DNA of 64,000 nucleotides from Candidatus Babeliales bacterium (GTDB lineage Bacteria; Babelota; Babeliae; Babelales; JBFXEV01): NCBI GenBank assembly GCA_050179755.1, contig JBFXEV010000001.1, positions 713,994 to 777,993 of the forward strand, read 5' to 3'. Shown piece by piece: positions 57,532 to 64,000 of this stretch (position 1 is its first letter; each line of letters starts with the position of its first letter). The notes under the pieces were generated by a model. It saw only the letters and a program-made list of their open reading frames with translations, ran no database searches and was not told where the DNA came from. The position numbers and the translations under genes were made by a program.

Positions 57532-57563
57532 TATTGCAATTATAAAATAAATTTTGTTACTAT
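57532..57563 (+). promoter_or_regulatory. Promoter, TATTGC-N18 class
   Basis: TTGCAA (57534-57539), 18 nt, TACTAT (57558-57563). Confidence 0.5.
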
Positions 57564-57606
57564 AACAATGAGTAAAAATGGATAAAAAATAGATAAAGGG
57601 GCGGTT

Positions 57607-58338
57607 ATGAAAAAATATATACTCGCGAGTGGTTGCTGTTTGGCCATTATCTTTATCTCACTCTATGCAGTCAACACTATAAAAAACAAGCCACAGCTTG
57701 GGCAAGAGCTCCTTGCAAAAGCTATTAGTTTTGATGGTAAGTTTAATCCCGACGTGGATGAACAATTCAGGCAGCTTATCTTGAGCGCTCAAGATCTTTA
57801 TTCTCCGCAAGAATTTGAGGAATTTATTACCACCGAAGATGCCGATGGTTGGAATATCATTATGCATTATGCAGCAAATGGCCAAGTAAAGCAGATTGTG
57901 TGGTTGCTTGATTTACTCTATAAAATGTATGGTAAAGATCAAAAAGCATTGTTTGATATAGTATATGAAAAAGATAAATATGGCAGGTCGCCACTTTATA
58001 TCGCGGTGATGCGCAAGCACGTGCGCATGGTAGACGCCTTACTTAAAAAAATGCAAGAGTTTTTTGGTTCAAGTCCCGATCTGTTTTATATATACACGCA
58101 GTCACCTGATGATCTGACCAAATGGAGTCCGTTAATGTTGGCAGCCTATCTTAATGAATATGAAATCATGAAGACGTTAGTAAAATATGAAGTTGCCGTA
58201 TTCGGCCAAGGCTCCGAGCGGCTACAGCGCGGATTGCGCCGAGCATATGCGCTTGCTGATGCGCAGGGCAAACAGATAATTCAACGATCTCATAATTTCC
58301 CAGAAGTTAAAGGCCAACGACATGAAGCTGCAACGTAA
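57607..58338 (+). CDS. Secreted ankyrin repeat protein
   Basis: GWNIIMHYAANG, GRSPLYIAV, WSPLMLAA. Confidence 0.85.
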   Translation: MKKYILASGCCLAIIFISLYAVNTIKNKPQLGQELLAKAISFDGKFNPDVDEQFRQLILSAQDLYSPQEFEEFITTEDADGWNIIMHYAANGQVKQIVWLLDLLYKMYGKDQKALFDIVYEKDKYGRSPLYIAVMRKHVRMVDALLKKMQEFFGSSPDLFYIYTQSPDDLTKWSPLMLAAYLNEYEIMKTLVKYEVAVFGQGSERLQRGLRRAYALADAQGKQIIQRSHNFPEVKGQRHEAAT

Positions 58339-58873
58339 TGAACTATGCAAAGCATTAATACTTTTTTTGATCAGCAATTATTGCTCTGCGGTGGAAAATC
58401 AGTATACGTTCAAAAATAATTCTTTTTTAGAAATTAAAGTGAGTGTCTGGTTTACTAAATCGCTTGAAGGCAAACGCCCAGAAAATGGCGAAGCCAGGCG
58501 TAGCTCCACAGGAGCGCAGACTGGTGCGCCAGCTGCATTACCACTGCCTGATTTTCAACTTATATTGCAGCCTCAGGAAAATGAAGTGCTTGCACATCTT
58601 GGCAGCCATGTAAAAGAAGATGAATGCTTAGCGTACTTAATGGCAGAATATAGAATTATTCCAACATTAAAACCGAGCATAAAAGCCTCCGGGCTTTCAA
58701 CCGATCTTTTTTTAGTAGGCAAGCGATTTTGGGCCCAAAAATTGCCTGGATTATGTGGCGCCAATCTTATTGAGCTGAACTATGATCCAGCATCCTACCT
58801 TAAATTTTCTATTACCATTAATGGGGTGGAAGACGAATTTAAAGATGTGCATCAAACAAACGAGCAATCGTAA
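58322..58873 (+). CDS. Secreted hypothetical protein (two-Cys, beta-rich type)
   Basis: Signal peptide; FKNNS, ECL...LCG. Confidence 0.65.
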   Translation: MKLQRNELCKALILFLISNYCSAVENQYTFKNNSFLEIKVSVWFTKSLEGKRPENGEARRSSTGAQTGAPAALPLPDFQLILQPQENEVLAHLGSHVKEDECLAYLMAEYRIIPTLKPSIKASGLSTDLFLVGKRFWAQKLPGLCGANLIELNYDPASYLKFSITINGVEDEFKDVHQTNEQS

Positions 58874-59517
58874 AGTTCTTTAAGTGCTTTTAATGGTTCT
58901 TTGGCGCCAAATAGAGCGCTTGATACGGCAAATTGTTCGGCGCCAAGCCTGTGTAGGTTTCCAATATTATCTTGATTAATTCCCCCGTCCATGCAAATAA
59001 TAAACTCTTTTTTGTGCTTGGTGCGATATGCGGTAAGTTCTTTAAGTCGCGCGTTTGACTCTGGTAAAAAAGTTTGCCCCGAAAAACCTGGTTCAACCGA
59101 CATAAGTAAAACATGAGGTATGCCTTTTACAAGCCATTGGCAGAGCGCTTCAATTTGGGTGCCTGGTTTTATGGCAATGCTTGGCGTGTAGCCGGCTGTT
59201 GTAATAACATTGATTATCTCTTGGGGATTTTCAACCGCTTCAAGGTGAAATGATATAACGCTGTCAGGTGTGAGCTTAAGTTTCATTATAATGTCTTTAG
59301 GCTTTTCTACCATCAAGTGTACCAAAAGAGGCTTTTTGCATATTTTGGCAATCTGATTGGTTATATCGGCTCCCCAGGTGATATTGGGCACAAAATGGTT
59401 ATCCATAATATCTATATGAAAGCCGTCACAATGAGGTTCTAGAGACTTAATAACGTTTTCAAGATTCATAAGGTCTGCGGACATGAGTGAGGGAAAGATC
59501 TGGGCTTTTTTGCTCAT
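58852..59517 (-). CDS. rpe: Ribulose-phosphate 3-epimerase
   Basis: PSLMSAD, HIDIMDNHFVPN, HLMV, MSVEPGFSGQ, DGGIN. Confidence 0.96.
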   Translation of the reverse strand: MSKKAQIFPSLMSADLMNLENVIKSLEPHCDGFHIDIMDNHFVPNITWGADITNQIAKICKKPLLVHLMVEKPKDIIMKLKLTPDSVISFHLEAVENPQEIINVITTAGYTPSIAIKPGTQIEALCQWLVKGIPHVLLMSVEPGFSGQTFLPESNARLKELTAYRTKHKKEFIICMDGGINQDNIGNLHRLGAEQFAVSSALFGAKEPLKALKELYDCSFV

Positions 59518-59629
59518 AGAGCTCCTTTTGATGGCAATCGCTTTCATACCATTGAAATTTAATGCTTAGTTTGTGTATACTAAAAGTGTAATACGTACAT
59601 AAAGGTAGCTTACCATTAAAGGGCTTTTG

Positions 59630-59713
59630 TTGAAAAGACTTATCATAACCTCTGCCATACTTCTATTGTTCACGAGCATTGCCATTCTGAGCTCGCTTCA
59701 TATGCAAGCTTAA
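59630..59713 (+). CDS. 27-aa hydrophobic peptide MKRLIITSAILLLFTSIAILSSLHMQA (TTG start)
   Basis: AAAGGG RBS; upstream TTGAAA-18-TATACT; below the ORF-track cutoff. Confidence 0.4.
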   Translation: MKRLIITSAILLLFTSIAILSSLHMQA

Positions 59714-59778
59714 TCTTAACTTCTTCTGTAATTTTCTTTAATCTATACTGAAGATAAAAAATTTCAGAAAGGTTCTTA

Positions 59779-60198
59779 ATGTCTTTAACTCCCACACGCG
59801 TTAACATGTTTATTCTTATGCAACCAGATTTAGATAAAGCGGTTGCTTTTTATCAAAACATGGGGCTCCAACTTATTTTTCAGGTTAAAGGTAAATGGGC
59901 TGAGTTCAAGCTTGGTGATATTAAAATTGGTTTAGCACCCATAGCTCAGGAATTGCCGCTCCATCGCACTGGCTTGGTGCTTGAAGTGAAAGATCTTAAA
60001 GCAAGTTACGAGTACTTTAAAAAACAAGGCGTTGAGTTTGTGCGTGAGCCGGTGGAAGCATTGCATGGCTATATGGCAAGTTTTAAAGACCCAGGCAATG
60101 CAGTGATTGATTTGTATCAGCCAACGCCTGAAAAAGTGGCGGAATTTATGAAGCATCAGAAAGAGCAAGAAGACGCTCAAAAAAAAGCTGAAGCTTAA
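59779..60198 (+). CDS. VOC/glyoxalase family protein
   Basis: DLDKAVAFY..MG, V.DL......K.QGVEF, FKDPGN. Confidence 0.9.
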   Translation: MSLTPTRVNMFILMQPDLDKAVAFYQNMGLQLIFQVKGKWAEFKLGDIKIGLAPIAQELPLHRTGLVLEVKDLKASYEYFKKQGVEFVREPVEALHGYMASFKDPGNAVIDLYQPTPEKVAEFMKHQKEQEDAQKKAEA

Positions 60199-60206
60199 TT
60201 TTTAAA

Positions 60207-60238
60207 GTAAAAAAGAGGTGGCTTCAAAATCCACCTCT
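60207..60238 (-). terminator. Intrinsic terminator
   Basis: AGAGGTGG / CCACCTCT with a T-run on the minus strand. Confidence 0.65.
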
Positions 60239-60266
60239 GTGTATTAAATATAAAAATTTCTATGAT

Positions 60267-60683
60267 TTAGAGTGTTGGTGATGCAGCTTTTAAGAATGTA
60301 GCGCATAACCAAAGCGTTGCAACGAGCGCTCCTACTGCTACACCCCCTTTATGATTTTCCACAAAATCTGCCATAGTATCACCAGCAGGTAACTTGCGTA
60401 ACTGATTGTGTAATTTATAACTCTCCATTAAATATGCAGCAAGACCAACAGCTGCTGCAGCGGTAACGTGTTTGCCATTTATATTGCCATCTTCATCTCG
60501 CGGTATAAGTAGCTTGCCAAGTGCTGCTCGACCATCGCCAGTTGCCAGAAATGCGCCAGTTGCTACAAATGTAGCTCCTTTTGCAGCATCAGCGGCTCTA
60601 TCAAAAGTTCCAGGTTTATGTGCTTTCATTACCGTGCCACCAAGTAATGCTAGACAGAGTGATACTTGCATGAACTTCTTCAT
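60267..60683 (-). CDS. Secreted or membrane Ala/Gly-rich hypothetical protein
   Basis: AAGGAG RBS before ATG 60683; signal peptide; hydrophobic segments. Confidence 0.7.
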   Translation of the reverse strand: MKKFMQVSLCLALLGGTVMKAHKPGTFDRAADAAKGATFVATGAFLATGDGRAALGKLLIPRDEDGNINGKHVTAAAAVGLAAYLMESYKLHNQLRKLPAGDTMADFVENHKGGVAVGALVATLWLCATFLKAASPTL

Positions 60684-60834
60684 AGGAAGCTCCTTTGAGG
60701 TTAATATTTGACAATTACTCACTACCTATTCCATTTATTTCTGAATAAGAAATAGAGAGAATGTTTTTACGCCATCATATTAAAATAGAAAAGGAGTAAG
60801 GTCAACAGATTAAGATTTTGTTTATAGTAAGATC

Positions 60835-61317
60835 TTAGATAAGTACGCGTATTAATCCCGTAAAAATAATCATGTTTCTTAGCGTGCATGAATTGCACTG
60901 CCCATTGCATTGCTCATTAGGGCAGCCTAAATACCAACTTAAAATTGGAATGCTTTGTGTGGATTGTTTGACGCTTTTGCACGTGATTAGTTTAGATAGC
61001 ATTGCTGCAATAGGAAATCGTAAAGCAAAATATTGAATTTTATTTCGGCGGTCTGTAGAAAATGTGTAACTTGCAGCCAGTAAGGTTGTAGAAAGTGTTG
61101 CCGTTGCTGCAATATCGTGAATAGTAAGATTGGTTTTCTCTTCTAGTTTTTTGGAATAATGATTTGTATTAAAAAGTTTGGGAACAAGCTGTATGCCCAA
61201 AGTTGCTGCTGCCCATGCGGCGATTGCTAAATTGTGATTTTTTGGGGTTTCCATAGAATGGGTGAGTGATGAAAATAAGAAAAGAAAGGAGAGTAAATAG
61301 AGTTTTTTTTGGTACAT
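60835..61317 (-). CDS. Membrane hypothetical protein with a C-terminal Cys cluster
   Basis: Signal peptide; TM segments; CPNEQCNGQCNSC. Confidence 0.65.
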   Translation of the reverse strand: MYQKKLYLLSFLFLFSSLTHSMETPKNHNLAIAAWAAATLGIQLVPKLFNTNHYSKKLEEKTNLTIHDIAATATLSTTLLAASYTFSTDRRNKIQYFALRFPIAAMLSKLITCKSVKQSTQSIPILSWYLGCPNEQCNGQCNSCTLRNMIIFTGLIRVLI

Positions 61318-61451
61318 TGCATTTCTCTGTATAAAAAGTTAGTTTAGTTAATTTTAGTACAACATAATAATGATGTGTAGAACAATATTTTATATACTTT
61401 TGTTATTATGGTTGTGTAGAAACTTCAAAAGATTGTATGTGCAGATTTCTT

Positions 61452-62247
61452 GTAGAAGTTCCACTATTTTTTACATTAATTATCTCTGGTGCCGCTACGC
61501 GCGGCTGCGCATGCCTTTTTTTGTGCATCCTCCTTCGCCAAGGCTACGGCGGACGCAGAAAAAAGGACTCAAAAAACAAACATTTTTTTTATTAGTTGTG
61601 TAGAAAAAGTCTTAATATGTACATTTGATGTTCACTGGGCCACTGCGCGTGGCAGCGCACAAATCTTTTTGGTGGCAAAAAGATTGTGGAGAAAAACCAG
61701 TTAAGGGCGCCTTCGCCCCCTAACTACCCCATCTCCCGGTGAAGACGCCTATCTCGAATTTCATTTCATGAAATTCTCACTAGACTCCACCGTTTCGTGT
61801 AGGATTTACATTATTAAAAATGCCATAAGCAGCACTTGCGCTCTGCACTGTGCTGCAAATAACGCTAAGAACCAAGAAAACACATCACACATATTCCCTT
61901 TTAGGATTATTTTTTAACTATTCAATAACAGAAAGACCATCTCTTATATAATGTTGTTTATAATCGCAAATTTGAGGAGGGTAGTTTATGAAGTCGGCCC
62001 AGCCGGCCGTGGAGGCGGAAAACTTAATGTAAAAAAATCAGTTAAAAATCCTACTGTAAAAGTACTTTAGGTAGCCTATTTTACTCGTTACAGGCTGCTT
62101 TAGCTGGCTGTATACGTGGAAAGTTAGGCGTTACCGTTGGTCAAGCGTAGCTTGGCTCTTTTTAGTTGAGATCTTTTGGAGAAGCAAAAGATCTCATGCC
62201 CGCCGCATAGGCGCCAGAATACTTATATATGAGTGAAATAACTTATA
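61452..62247. repeat. Composite non-coding repeat region (arms of the 26715 element family plus a nested REP)
   Basis: Near-identical arm 61452-61577, degenerate arm from ~61600, inverted degenerate arm ~62155-62247. Confidence 0.6.
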
Positions 62248-62464
62248 GTCTGCCTATTTTTAAGGTGGTAGTGCCTTGAGTTCTAATAAATACCCCTAAA
62301 AAAATCTGAGTCTTCCATTATAAAATATTGCCATCTTGTCTATTTCCCTTATACTTAATATAAGCGTGAATAGTAAGTGTTTTTCAGGTGTTAAGCCCAA
62401 ACTCTTACCACACTAAAAAATAGTTTAAATTCCCCAATTTTACTACTACTTATAAGGAGGATCG

Positions 62465-62755
62465 ATGTTTCAAAAGATTCGCCCACTCCATGACCGTGTC
62501 CTTGTAGAGCGCTTGGAGCAAGAGGAAAAAACAGCCGGCGGCATTTATATACCTGATGCAGCCAAAGAAAAGGCTCAAACTGGCAAAGTAATTGCTGTGG
62601 GTAACGGCCGCGTGCTTAATGACGGCTCAGTTTCGCCATTGGCAGTTAAAGCTGGAGACGTAGTCTTTTTTGGCAAATATGCAGGCACCGAGGCTGGCAA
62701 AGAGCACGTTATTTTGCGCGAAGATGACATTCTTGGCGTTGTAGAACAAGTATAA
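62465..62755 (+). CDS. groES: Co-chaperonin GroES
   Basis: [29 protein letters not shown]. Confidence 0.98.
   Translation: MFQKIRPLHDRVLVERLEQEEKTAGGIYIPDAAKEKAQTGKVIAVGNGRVLNDGSVSPLAVKAGDVVFFGKYAGTEAGKEHVILREDDILGVVEQV

Positions 62756-64000
<1,245 letters not shown>

Noticed and set aside
1031..60711. Numerous 60-135 aa ORFs nested in or antisense to larger genes
   Set aside because: Fully overlap well-supported CDSs and lack RBS or recognisable motifs
61370..61704. ORFs 61370-61603 and 61489-61704
   Set aside because: Translations of repeat DNA
62260..62290. CIRCE (HrcA) operator before groES
   Set aside because: Only a right-half-like GAGTTCTAA; no TTAGCACTC 9 bp upstream

Overview
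AT-rich bacterial chromosome segment. Gene content suggests an intracellular parasite of protists, most likely Candidatus Dependentiae/Babelota (TM6); this is inferred from many signal-peptide orphans, ankyrin proteins, a secreted MutS-domain-V ATPase and a split ATP synthase operon. About 1-20 kb is an accessory region: a RelE toxin, ParA plus an RHH partner, and a mostly minus-strand array of paralogous secreted proteins around an esterase/outer-membrane-barrel operon, lnt and ankyrin proteins. The rest mixes housekeeping genes (tal, GT4, uvrB, ABC-2 exporter, two M3 peptidases, recO, MscK-like channel, recD2, dNK, atpE-F'-F-H-A, tRNA-Arg(TCT), rpe, groES, partial groEL) with secreted orphans and two families of non-coding repeats. 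Most notable: C-terminal ATG8-interacting (LIR/AIM)-like motifs on two adjacent ankyrin proteins; a duplicated promoter whose spacer is complementary to the downstream start codon; a shared TATTGCWW-N18-TAnnnT promoter class on secreted-protein genes; secreted Cys-rich SDRs; a double-uORF leader on the ABC exporter; MITE-like long inverted-repeat elements. All calls were made by eye; no database searches were run.
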